Source of the DNA: Actinomycetota bacterium
GTDB taxonomy: Bacteria > Actinomycetota > Acidimicrobiia > Spongiisociales > ZC4RG35
Length of the DNA stretch: 64,000 bases
Reading direction: 5' to 3'
Assembly (NCBI GenBank): GCA_034658975.1
Contig: JAYEGJ010000001.1
Span: forward strand, 1,991 to 65,990
A program made the translations under genes and the position numbers. Position 1 is the first letter of the stretch. Each line of letters starts with the position of its first letter. Below are positions 17,784 to 26,024 of the stretch, piece after piece. The notes under the pieces were generated by a model. The model saw only the letters and a list, made by a program, of their open reading frames with translations, made no database searches and had not been told where the DNA came from.

Positions 17784-20137
17784 CGGGGAACCCACACCAG
17801 CTTGATGTCGGCAACGCGGATGTCGGTCTTCTCCAGGCCAATGTCGACTGTTTCGAACGAGTCGGCGAGGTCGGCAAATTCATCGGTGATCTCAACGATG
17901 GCGTTCGACAGCTCATCTTCGAGGTCGGCGAGTTCCACCTGCTTGGCTGTCAACTTGTCGGCTGCCGCTTCCGCCCGTGCTCTCGCCTTCTGGCTGGCAG
18001 CGCGTCGTGACGCCGCCTTGCCGAGGGGGTTGGAGCGCTTGCTGCCGCCCAAGAGCGCGCCGAGCAGGTCGCCGGCACCAGACATGAGTTCTTCCTGTTG
18101 CTTGGCCGAGGCGTCTCCCTCCAGTTCTCGTGCCCGGGCGTCCGCCGTAGAGATCTGACCCTTCACGCGGTCGATCTTGGTCTTGTAGCGATCCACGAGC
18201 TTGGCCATTGCGGCGTCGGCGGCATCATCCGCCGCAGCCTTGCATCGGGCCGTGAACTCATCCTCAGACTCGCCCACTCTGGAGTACAGCTTCAGGTCGG
18301 TGTTGTGGAAGACCTGGACCTGGCGGTTGGCAACCAGGTGAGTCTTGAGGTCGGACTCCAGACCGGTCCAGAACGTCTTGTTCTGTAGCTTCACGTCCCC
18401 TGTGGCGTACGTGGCGCCCTCCGGCGGCTCAGCACCGAAGTCACGATCATCGTGGTCAACGGCCACCACGTCCCTGGCGTCGACCAACCCGTCGAGCGGG
18501 AAGATGATGCCTTCGTACGTCTCGGTGTGTCTGACACCCGCTCTCGTGTCGTCGTAGAGAAGCTGGACCGTGGCGGCTGCGGCGGCCTCGAACCGGGTTC
18601 CGGTCGGGTCGGCGCCGATCTCACCGGCCCAGGGCGTGCCGGGGTCGAGGTAGCGGACGGCGACGCCCTCGGCCACGCTGGGGGCCACCGGAACCGTGTC
18701 GTCGTCACCCGTCGTCGCAGGGTCAAGGACAACCTCTGGCACGGGGGCAGGTGCGGGTGTCGGACGCTTGTCTCCCATGAGGTTTGCCACCTGATCTCTC
18801 GTCAGGGGTCCGATGCGGAAACTCATCGACCGCCTCCGCTTGAACAGCTTCGGCTTGGACTTCTTGGCCGAGTGGAGGATGAACTGCCGCTTCTCGAGAT
18901 TCGAGATCAGGGCATCGAGGTTGATCGAAACGCCGGCCTCGTCGATCCTCTGCATGCCTTCCAGTATCCGCCGCTTGTCATTCTCGGTTTGGAGTCGGCC
19001 CACGATCCAGGTGCCGGCATTGGACATCGCCTTGTAGTCGAGGTCGACGGGGTTCTGGGTGACGAGGAGCATCCCGACACCGAATGCCCTTGCCTGCTTC
19101 AGGATCGTCATGATCGGCTTCTTAGACGGAGGCTCAGCGGTTGGTGGCACATAACCGAACGCCTCATCCATGTAGACCAGGGCCCGGAGTTCCGAACTGC
19201 CAGGCTGAGCTCTGATCCACGTGACCAGCTTCGACAACAGGAGCGTCACAACGAACTGTCGCTCTGACTCAGTCAGATGAGCCATGTAGATGACCGCGCA
19301 TTTGGTCTTGTCGCCGCGCCCGATCAGCGCCTCGATGTCGAGAGGTTCGCCTTCCATCCAGGCGGCGAACGAGGGGGAGGCGAGGAGCCCGTTGAGCTTC
19401 AGGGCGAGATTCATGCGTTTCTTGGCAGGGAAGAACGTGTCCACGTCGAACACACCGAGCTTGCGGAACGGGGGCTTGGGGATCTGGCCGATCAGTCCGG
19501 CGAGGTCGAGGTCCTTGCCGGCCTTCCACGTCGTTTCGACGATCGTTGCGAGGAGGATGTGCTCCGGACCGGATACTGGATCTGACTCTACCCCGGCGAG
19601 GAGGAGGAGCGATGAGACAAAACCCTCGATTTCATCGCGGATGATCTCTGCGTCTTTTGCCCAGTCAAGATCGGTCGCCTTGAGCGAGCCCAGAATGTTG
19701 AGTCCGACACCCGCCGCCGAGCCGGGCGTGTAGATCGTGATCTCGGAGTTCTCTTTCAGTTGCCGCATCCGGTCCGGGCTGGTGTCGTGCTCGAGTAGTT
19801 GCGCTTGTCTGTTGGCGGCCGTGGTTGCTGCCAGTTCGGCCAGCGTCACACCTTTTCTCGTGGCTTTCGCTTCGTCCACCCACGGCTCGAACTCCGCGGG
19901 GTCGTGATCGGGGAAGTTGAGGAGGAGATTCCCCATATCGCCCTTGGGGTCGATGATGAGGGTGGGGATGTCACTGAGAAGCGCCTCTTCCAGGATGTTC
20001 ACCCCAAGCCCGGTCTTCCCCGATCCGGTCATGCCGACGATGACACCGTGGGTGGTCAGGTTGTCCGCCTTGATGGTGAGCGGCTCACCGGTATCGGAGA
20101 GCCGACCTATGTACAACTCACCTTTCTTGTGTTCCAC
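17780..20137 (-). CDS. HerA/FtsK-like P-loop ATPase of the YjgR/DUF853 type, with a long C-terminal coiled-coil extension (785 aa).
   Basis: N-terminal THGVIVGMTGSGKTG Walker A. The PTLIIDPKGDMGNL and VYMDEAFGYVPP...LLVTQNPVDLDYKAMSNAGTWIVGRLQ segments resemble HerA-like DUF853. The C-terminal 200 aa is Ala/Glu/Lys-rich coiled coil. Confidence 0.65.
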   Translation of the reverse strand: MEHKKGELYIGRLSDTGEPLTIKADNLTTHGVIVGMTGSGKTGLGVNILEEALLSDIPTLIIDPKGDMGNLLLNFPDHDPAEFEPWVDEAKATRKGVTLAELAATTAANRQAQLLEHDTSPDRMRQLKENSEITIYTPGSAAGVGLNILGSLKATDLDWAKDAEIIRDEIEGFVSSLLLLAGVESDPVSGPEHILLATIVETTWKAGKDLDLAGLIGQIPKPPFRKLGVFDVDTFFPAKKRMNLALKLNGLLASPSFAAWMEGEPLDIEALIGRGDKTKCAVIYMAHLTESERQFVVTLLLSKLVTWIRAQPGSSELRALVYMDEAFGYVPPTAEPPSKKPIMTILKQARAFGVGMLLVTQNPVDLDYKAMSNAGTWIVGRLQTENDKRRILEGMQRIDEAGVSINLDALISNLEKRQFILHSAKKSKPKLFKRRRSMSFRIGPLTRDQVANLMGDKRPTPAPAPVPEVVLDPATTGDDDTVPVAPSVAEGVAVRYLDPGTPWAGEIGADPTGTRFEAAAAATVQLLYDDTRAGVRHTETYEGIIFPLDGLVDARDVVAVDHDDRDFGAEPPEGATYATGDVKLQNKTFWTGLESDLKTHLVANRQVQVFHNTDLKLYSRVGESEDEFTARCKAAADDAADAAMAKLVDRYKTKIDRVKGQISTADARARELEGDASAKQQEELMSGAGDLLGALLGGSKRSNPLGKAASRRAASQKARARAEAAADKLTAKQVELADLEDELSNAIVEITDEFADLADSFETVDIGLEKTDIRVADIKLVWVPR

Positions 20138-20436
20138 GGACGGGAAGGTACCAAACCCAGATGACCCCGCAGACCTCCTTGTTGCGAATGGGAGACACCG
20201 CGGTGAGAGCTCTAGGTCATGCCCGCCAGGACATCGTTCCGGTCGGCGAGGTGGGTAGCCGACAGGACAGTGTTCCGGTTATTGGAGGGTGCCGTCGTGC
20301 TGATCACCTGGGCGTATTGGATCGCCTTCGTGATCGTGGCCAGCACGGAGTTGAACATGGTGTTGTTCCACACGAGACCACACCGAATGGCGCCGCCGGC
20401 ACCCAGTCGGGGTTGATTGATGCGAACAGAGCCGCG

Positions 20437-20541
20437 TACCTCAGGTTCTTAGCCCCATATACGGGGCGAACTCTCTCGAGAAAGCGACCGGGCGAGATTC
20501 TGGAGGCGGTTTGGCCCATATATGGGTGTAGTACCTCAGGT
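20437..20541. repeat. MITE-like intergenic repeat family B, copy 1 (105 bp).
   Basis: CCTNAGG termini, CCCATATACGGGG/CCCATATATGGG boxes near each end and a shared CTCGAGAAA core. Homologous to 53367-53482. Confidence 0.7.
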
Positions 20542-20632
20542 CGCGTGGAGCCCGCGGGTAATTCGGGGGAGTTGGCGGGCCGAAGGTCGTAACGTGGTCA
20601 GGTCGGCCCGGCCCGGGGGGTGAAAAGGGGGC

Positions 20633-20663
20633 TTGACTTAAACCAAGCTTGAAGTTGTAACTT
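20633..20663 (+). promoter_or_regulatory. Second SoxR-box-like promoter: TTGACT, a 19-bp spacer, then TAACTT, 12 bp upstream of the ABC exporter ATG.
   Basis: 25 of 31 positions identical to the 11049-11079 site (cttgacttaaaccaagcttgaagttgtaactt). Retains the CTTGAAGT half-site and the 19-bp spacer. Confidence 0.5.
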
Positions 20664-20674
20664 CTGGTGGAACC

Positions 20675-22465
20675 ATGTCTGAACAAGCTCTAACACCGTG
20701 GACTGTGCTGCGCGACGGGAGCCGTCTCGTCTGGCGGTTCGTCAAGCGCCACCCGGCCGCATTTGCCATCGCCGTCCTTGGAGCGGCGATGTTTGCCGGT
20801 GCCATCATCGGTGCCTCCCTAGCGGTTGGGTGGGTGACCGACGAGGTCATCATCCCCATCCTCGACGGGGGAGCCGAACCCGATCTCCTCCCCCTCGCCG
20901 CAGCGTTGATCATCGGTGTCTCGGTCTTCAAGGCCGTCGGCATAGTCATCCGACGCACCGCGGCCGGCTGGTTCCGATTCGCCACTACGCGGGACGTTCG
21001 CAACGAACTCCTTGCCCAACAGCTCTCACTCAAGATGTCCTGGTTCAACCGGCAGGCGATTGGCGACCTGCTCGCCGTTGCCGACTCCGACGTCGAGCAG
21101 GGCACAGGGGTGCTCAGCCCCATGCCGTATGCCACGGGCGTGTCGATGCTCCTGGTCGGGACCATCGTCATGATCACGGCGATCGACCCTTGGCTTGGCC
21201 TGGGCGCGGTCGTCGGTTTGCTCATCGTCATAGCGATCGATGTTCACGGAAGCTGGATCACCTACGGGATGTGGGAGGAAGTGCAGAAAGGCCGAGGCCG
21301 GGTCTCCTCGGTCGCCCACGAAAGCTTCGACGGCGCCTTGACCGTGAAAGCACTGGGCCGGGAGCCGTACGTTTCGGACCGATTCCAGGAGGTCAGCGAC
21401 ACCCTGCGTGACCGGATCATCGAAGTCAGCTCAACATGGACCAACTACCAGGTGGTCATTCGGGCTTTGCCCCAAGCGCTGATCATTGTGATGCTCGTTG
21501 TTGGGGCGGCCAGGATCGACGCCGGCGTCCTGACGCCGGGCGATGTGGTGACCGTCGCCTACCTGCTGTCGCTTCTCTCCTTCCCCATCCAGCTAATCGG
21601 CTACGTTCTCTGGGATCTCGCGGGCAGTCTCGCCGGTTGGCAACGCGTTCAGGCGGTCTTCGACGCCGACGAGCACACGGAATTCGGTGCCCGGCAGGCT
21701 ATTAGGAAGCGGAGGGCTGCCCCTGTGGTCGGTTCCACCGTTGGGTTTGGCTACGACTCCGAGCCCGTTCTGTCCGGACTCGACCTCGACATTCGAGCCG
21801 GAACCACCCTGGCCGTGGTCGGCCCCACCGGATCGGGCAAGTCGACCCTCTGCCTGCTCCTCGCGCGACTCTGGGACCCGGACACGGGTGCGGTCCATCT
21901 CGAGGGCAGGGATCTCCGCACGTTTGCCGCCTCGGAGTTGTCGAAGGAGGTGTCCTATGTCGCCCAAGACGCCTTTCTGTTCGACACCACCGTGCGGGGC
22001 AACATCACTCTCGAGGGTGAATTCAGTGACGAGGAAGTTGCGACAGCGGTCGCTCTCGCCGGCGCCGAGTCGTTCATCTCCGACCTTCCTGAAGGCCTCG
22101 ACACCGAACTCGGGGAGCGGGGCACGACTCTCTCGGGTGGACAGAGGCAACGCCTGGCCCTGGCAAGGGCCCTTGTCCGCAAGCCACGGCTGATGATCCT
22201 CGACGACGCGACTTCTGCCGTGGATCCCTCTGTCGAGGCCGAGATTCTTCGGGCACTGAAGAGTGCAGCTCTGCCTTCGACAATCGTCGTGGTTGCCTAT
22301 CGCCCCTCGTCCATCCGACTCGCCGACGAGGTGGTGTACGTGGATGACAAGACGATCCTCGGCCACGGAACGCATTCGGAGCTGCTCCATTCTCTTCCCG
22401 CGTATGCCCGACTCGTCCAGGCCTATGAGGACGAAGCCCGCAGACTCCAACAGGAAGCGTCATGA
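20675..22465 (+). CDS. ABC transporter, fused permease/ATP-binding (type I exporter, MsbA/MdlB-like), subunit 1.
   Basis: Six TM N-terminal domain. Walker A GPTGSGKST, signature LSGGQRQRLALARAL, Walker B LILDDATSAVD. Confidence 0.9.
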   Translation: MSEQALTPWTVLRDGSRLVWRFVKRHPAAFAIAVLGAAMFAGAIIGASLAVGWVTDEVIIPILDGGAEPDLLPLAAALIIGVSVFKAVGIVIRRTAAGWFRFATTRDVRNELLAQQLSLKMSWFNRQAIGDLLAVADSDVEQGTGVLSPMPYATGVSMLLVGTIVMITAIDPWLGLGAVVGLLIVIAIDVHGSWITYGMWEEVQKGRGRVSSVAHESFDGALTVKALGREPYVSDRFQEVSDTLRDRIIEVSSTWTNYQVVIRALPQALIIVMLVVGAARIDAGVLTPGDVVTVAYLLSLLSFPIQLIGYVLWDLAGSLAGWQRVQAVFDADEHTEFGARQAIRKRRAAPVVGSTVGFGYDSEPVLSGLDLDIRAGTTLAVVGPTGSGKSTLCLLLARLWDPDTGAVHLEGRDLRTFAASELSKEVSYVAQDAFLFDTTVRGNITLEGEFSDEEVATAVALAGAESFISDLPEGLDTELGERGTTLSGGQRQRLALARALVRKPRLMILDDATSAVDPSVEAEILRALKSAALPSTIVVVAYRPSSIRLADEVVYVDDKTILGHGTHSELLHSLPAYARLVQAYEDEARRLQQEAS

Positions 22466-24225
22466 GCACCGAGTACACCACCGGATCCGTGATTCGGCGG
22501 GCGCTCCGGGCGTCGCCGATCCTCGGAAGGGGACTCCGGCTGACCATCGTTCTGGCGATGGTGGGTCAGGCGATCACGGTCGTCACCCCCATCGTCATCC
22601 AACAGGTCATAGACAAAGAGATCCTCGGTTCGGACGGGATCGAAATGGTCGGCGTGCTCCAGAAGGCGAGCATCGCCCTGTTCGCGCTCGTGCTGGGAGT
22701 GGTCGTGGGAAGGGTGGCCCTCTTGCGTCTGGTCCGGTCATCCTCATCCGGTCTCTCCGACCTGCGTACCAAGACGTTCAGCCACATCATGCGCCAGTCG
22801 GTTCTCCATGTTCAGGCCGAGCGCCGAGGGAATCTGGTGAGCCGGGTCACGTCCGACATCACCACGCTTCAGGAGTTCATGGAATGGGGCGGTGTCGGCC
22901 TGATCGTCGGCCTGAGCCAGGTGATCTTGGCCATGGGAGTCATGGTCTTCTACGAGTGGCGGCTGGCGCTCATCGCCTTCGTCGGCGTGGTGCTCTACTT
23001 GATCATGTTGCGTTGGTTCCAACGCATCCTGGCCTCGAACTACGACGAAGTCCGCAAAGAGGTCGGGGCGTCTCTCGGAGTTCTCAGTGAGTCGATCTCG
23101 GCGATTCCCGTGGTGCGGGCCTATGGGACCGAAGCTGTCACGAAAGCCCGTGTCGCCGAGGCCTTGGATCGCCGGTTTCGCATCGAGTATGTGACAGCAC
23201 GTTTCGGCAACACGCTGTTCTCCACGGCTGAGATCTTCGCCGGCGTCCTCACCGCCGTTCTGATCGTCGCCGGCGTCCTGATTGGGATCAACCAGGGGAT
23301 GACGGCCGGGACTCTCATTGCCTTCTTGTTCCTGGCGAATCTTCTGATCGAGCCGCTTCAGATCGTGGTCGAGACCCTCGAATTCGCCCAGTCGGCAGCA
23401 TCGGGGCTGCGTCGCGTCATGAGCGTGCTCGACAGTGAGATCGAGATCGAGGAGCCCGAAGATCCTCGAGAACTACGGGACGGCGGTTTGAGCGTGAGGT
23501 TCGACGGAGTTCGGTACGCCTACCCGACCGGACCCGACGTGTTGACCGACGTTTCGGTCGACGTGGCCGTCGGAGCCCGGGTGGCCGTGGTTGGGGAAAC
23601 GGGCTCTGGCAAGACCACCTTCGCCAAACTATTGGTAAGGCTTCTCGACCCCTCCGAAGGCTCGATATTCATCGGCGGAGTTCCCGCGCCGCGCATCCGT
23701 CTGGCCGAGCTTCGTAGCCGGGTGGCCTTCGTGCCTCAGGAGGGCTTCCTGTTTGACGACACGATCGCCAACAACGTCCGCTACGGGCGTCCCGAAGCCG
23801 ACGACGCCGAAGTGTGGACCGCATTCCACGAGCTGGGCCTCGGCGAGTGGGTCGAGGGCCTCAGCGACGGATTGGAGACCAGGGTCGGAGAGCGAGGCGG
23901 CAGTCTCTCCGCAGGTGAAAGGCAGCTCGTGGCTCTTGTTCGGGCCTGGATCGGATCGCCCGACCTTCTCGTGTTGGACGAGGCAACCTCGGCGGTCGAC
24001 CCCGTTCTCGATGTTGCTCTGCGCCATGCCATGGACCGTCTGATCGAGGGACGTACCTCGGTGACCATCGCCCACCGTCTTTCGACGGCCGAGAGTGCCG
24101 ACGAGGTCCTGGTCTTCGACAAGGGCCGGTTGGTGCAGAGGGGGAAGCACACCGACCTCCTCGACCAAGAGGGTGTGTACGCGGACCTCTATGCCGACTG
24201 GGCGACAGGAACGAAGAGCGTCTGA
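22462..24225 (+). CDS. ABC transporter, fused permease/ATP-binding, subunit 2 (heterodimer partner).
   Basis: ATGA overlap with subunit 1. GETGSGKTT, LSAGERQLVALVRA, LVLDEATSAVD. Confidence 0.9.
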   Translation: MSTEYTTGSVIRRALRASPILGRGLRLTIVLAMVGQAITVVTPIVIQQVIDKEILGSDGIEMVGVLQKASIALFALVLGVVVGRVALLRLVRSSSSGLSDLRTKTFSHIMRQSVLHVQAERRGNLVSRVTSDITTLQEFMEWGGVGLIVGLSQVILAMGVMVFYEWRLALIAFVGVVLYLIMLRWFQRILASNYDEVRKEVGASLGVLSESISAIPVVRAYGTEAVTKARVAEALDRRFRIEYVTARFGNTLFSTAEIFAGVLTAVLIVAGVLIGINQGMTAGTLIAFLFLANLLIEPLQIVVETLEFAQSAASGLRRVMSVLDSEIEIEEPEDPRELRDGGLSVRFDGVRYAYPTGPDVLTDVSVDVAVGARVAVVGETGSGKTTFAKLLVRLLDPSEGSIFIGGVPAPRIRLAELRSRVAFVPQEGFLFDDTIANNVRYGRPEADDAEVWTAFHELGLGEWVEGLSDGLETRVGERGGSLSAGERQLVALVRAWIGSPDLLVLDEATSAVDPVLDVALRHAMDRLIEGRTSVTIAHRLSTAESADEVLVFDKGRLVQRGKHTDLLDQEGVYADLYADWATGTKSV

Positions 24226-24226
24226 G

Positions 24227-24279
24227 CCGTTCTGTGCGGGTTAGTTACGCGTGACGCGTAGTAAACCCGCACAGAACGG
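24227..24279. terminator. 53-bp palindromic element (16-bp perfect GC-rich stem, 21-nt loop) exactly between convergent stop codons. Bidirectional terminator / REP-like repeat, copy 1.
   Basis: CCGTTCTGTGCGGGTT-agttacgcgtgacgcgtagta-AACCCGCACAGAACGG. The same element is at 43833-43885 in inverted orientation. Confidence 0.7.
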
Positions 24280-25158
24280 TTAAACGGTGGGTGGGGGGAC
24301 GTATCGCCCGGTCGTGAACTTGCCGTTTTCCACTTCGATCTCCCAGATCGAGCCCTTCGAGCAGTAGAAGCGGGACTCGAGGCTCAGGCCCGCCCACATC
24401 ATGCGGTTGATCACGGCGGGAATCACGTCTCCATGTGAGCAGAGGACGGCGTTGTTGCCAACAAGCGAGTCGATCAGGCTGTAGGCGGCGTCGACGTCCG
24501 GGTCTTCTGCCAGGGCAGCGTTGACCTCTACTTTCGCGCCAATGGCCTTTGCCAATGGTTTTGCCGACTGGATGCATCGTTCGTAGGGGCTCGTCACAAC
24601 CCTCTCGATTCCAGCATTCTCAAGACGCCTGGCGATCGCTTCGGCCTGCCTCTTGCCCTTCTTGGTCAGAGGGCGACCCAGGTCCTCGCCCTTCCACTTC
24701 GCCCGGTTTCCCGCAGCGCCGTGGCGATAGAGATGGATAGTCCCGGTTTGGGCCAGTTTTCTCAGATCGGCTCCGCCGATGAGTCCTTTGTCGTTGTCGT
24801 AGTCGAGTATCTCGCGAGCCTTCTTGCGGTTCACCCACTGGACGGCGTCGATCTCCTTGTTTTTCTTGAAGCCTGGGCTGTCGGGGAGGGGTCGCATGGC
24901 AAACCAGTTGACTTCCTTGACGCCATTTCCGATCCGGTGCCGTGTGGTGCCGATCGGAGCGACGATCCGGCAGTGCTGGCCCGTCTCCTCGAGGACTTCT
25001 CGAACGGCGGTTTCCTCGGGCGTTTCGCCCTTGTCGGCCTTGCCTTTTGGCAGCGACCAATCGTCGTAGTCGGGGCGATGCGCGATCAAGATCTTGATGT
25101 TGCCCTTGGGCGTCTTGCGGAAGACAAGACCGCCGGCGGCTCGTACAACTCGAGTCAC
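24280..25158 (-). CDS. NUDIX hydrolase fused to a histidine-phosphatase (phosphoglycerate-mutase family) domain.
   Basis: N-terminal Nudix box (GKADKGETPEETAVREVLEETG). C-terminal RHG-phosphatase region (LYRHGAAG...CSHGDVIPAV). Confidence 0.8.
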   Translation of the reverse strand: MTRVVRAAGGLVFRKTPKGNIKILIAHRPDYDDWSLPKGKADKGETPEETAVREVLEETGQHCRIVAPIGTTRHRIGNGVKEVNWFAMRPLPDSPGFKKNKEIDAVQWVNRKKAREILDYDNDKGLIGGADLRKLAQTGTIHLYRHGAAGNRAKWKGEDLGRPLTKKGKRQAEAIARRLENAGIERVVTSPYERCIQSAKPLAKAIGAKVEVNAALAEDPDVDAAYSLIDSLVGNNAVLCSHGDVIPAVINRMMWAGLSLESRFYCSKGSIWEIEVENGKFTTGRYVPPPTV

Positions 25159-25197
25159 AACCGACAGGTTAGATCGGCACTGAGTGGCCGGCGGCTA

Positions 25198-25437
25198 CTA
25201 GGCCTCGGATTGCTCGGCTGCCATCGTCTCGGCTGCCATCGTGAGGATGCTCGACCGTGACTTGAGCACCGGCGAGGTGACTTCGTCGGCTTGGGTCAGG
25301 TCGATGGTCACGGTGGAGCACAGGTCGCACACTCGACGGAGAAGACCGGCTCCGACGTTCTGCGATTCGCCATAAGTATGACGACCCTTGCGGCAGTCGG
25401 ACTTGCGAGCTTTCTGTTCGGGACGGACATGGCTCAT
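25198..25437 (-). CDS. Small Cys-containing hypothetical protein (79 aa, possible zinc ribbon).
   Basis: ORF with C-x6-H ... CDLC pattern. Family not recognised. Confidence 0.3.
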   Translation of the reverse strand: MSHVRPEQKARKSDCRKGRHTYGESQNVGAGLLRRVCDLCSTVTIDLTQADEVTSPVLKSRSSILTMAAETMAAEQSEA

Positions 25438-25466
25438 ACCGGGAGGTTCAGGCTAGAGCGCGAAAT

Positions 25467-26024
25467 TCAGATTTCTCGGATCTCCAGTTGCTCGAAGATC
25501 CAATCAACGGCCTGATCCGCGTTGTCGGAAAGATGGATATCGCCCGGGTAGGCGTCTATGTGTAAGGCGAGGCTTTGTGAGAACTGCTCCCAATTTGGCC
25601 CCACTGCGGCCGTTGGGAAGGGAGTGCCACCGTTCCGCCGAACGATGTGATTGATGTTCCATGCGATCAGCAGCTCGGTAGCGGTCCCGATGGATCCCGG
25701 TAGGGCGATCGCAGCTCTGGCCCGATCGATCATGAGTCCGATGCGGTGGGTCAGGTCGGAGGCCTCAATGACCTCCGCTATATACCGGTTGGCCCCTTCT
25801 CGCTGGGGGAACTGACTGGGAGCCGTCACTCCGATTGTGTGGCCTCCAGCGTCGGACGCACCCTTGGACACCGCTTCCATCGTTCCGCCATAACCACCTG
25901 TGACGACATCGAGGCCGGCACGGGCGAGACGCGATCCGGTTGCTTCGGCCTGGGCCCACTCTGCCGTGCCCGGCGAAGTCTGCGCCGAGCCGAAAACGGT
26001 TACTGCCGCCTTCCTCGTCGTCAA
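25467..26024 (-). CDS. LOG family protein (TIGR00730 Rossmann-fold nucleotide-binding / cytokinin riboside 5'-monophosphate phosphoribohydrolase-like).
   Basis: VFGSAQT...VVTGGYGGTMEAVSKGA...PGSIGTATEL signature of the LOG/PF03641 family. Confidence 0.75.
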   Translation of the reverse strand: MTTRKAAVTVFGSAQTSPGTAEWAQAEATGSRLARAGLDVVTGGYGGTMEAVSKGASDAGGHTIGVTAPSQFPQREGANRYIAEVIEASDLTHRIGLMIDRARAAIALPGSIGTATELLIAWNINHIVRRNGGTPFPTAAVGPNWEQFSQSLALHIDAYPGDIHLSDNADQAVDWIFEQLEIREI

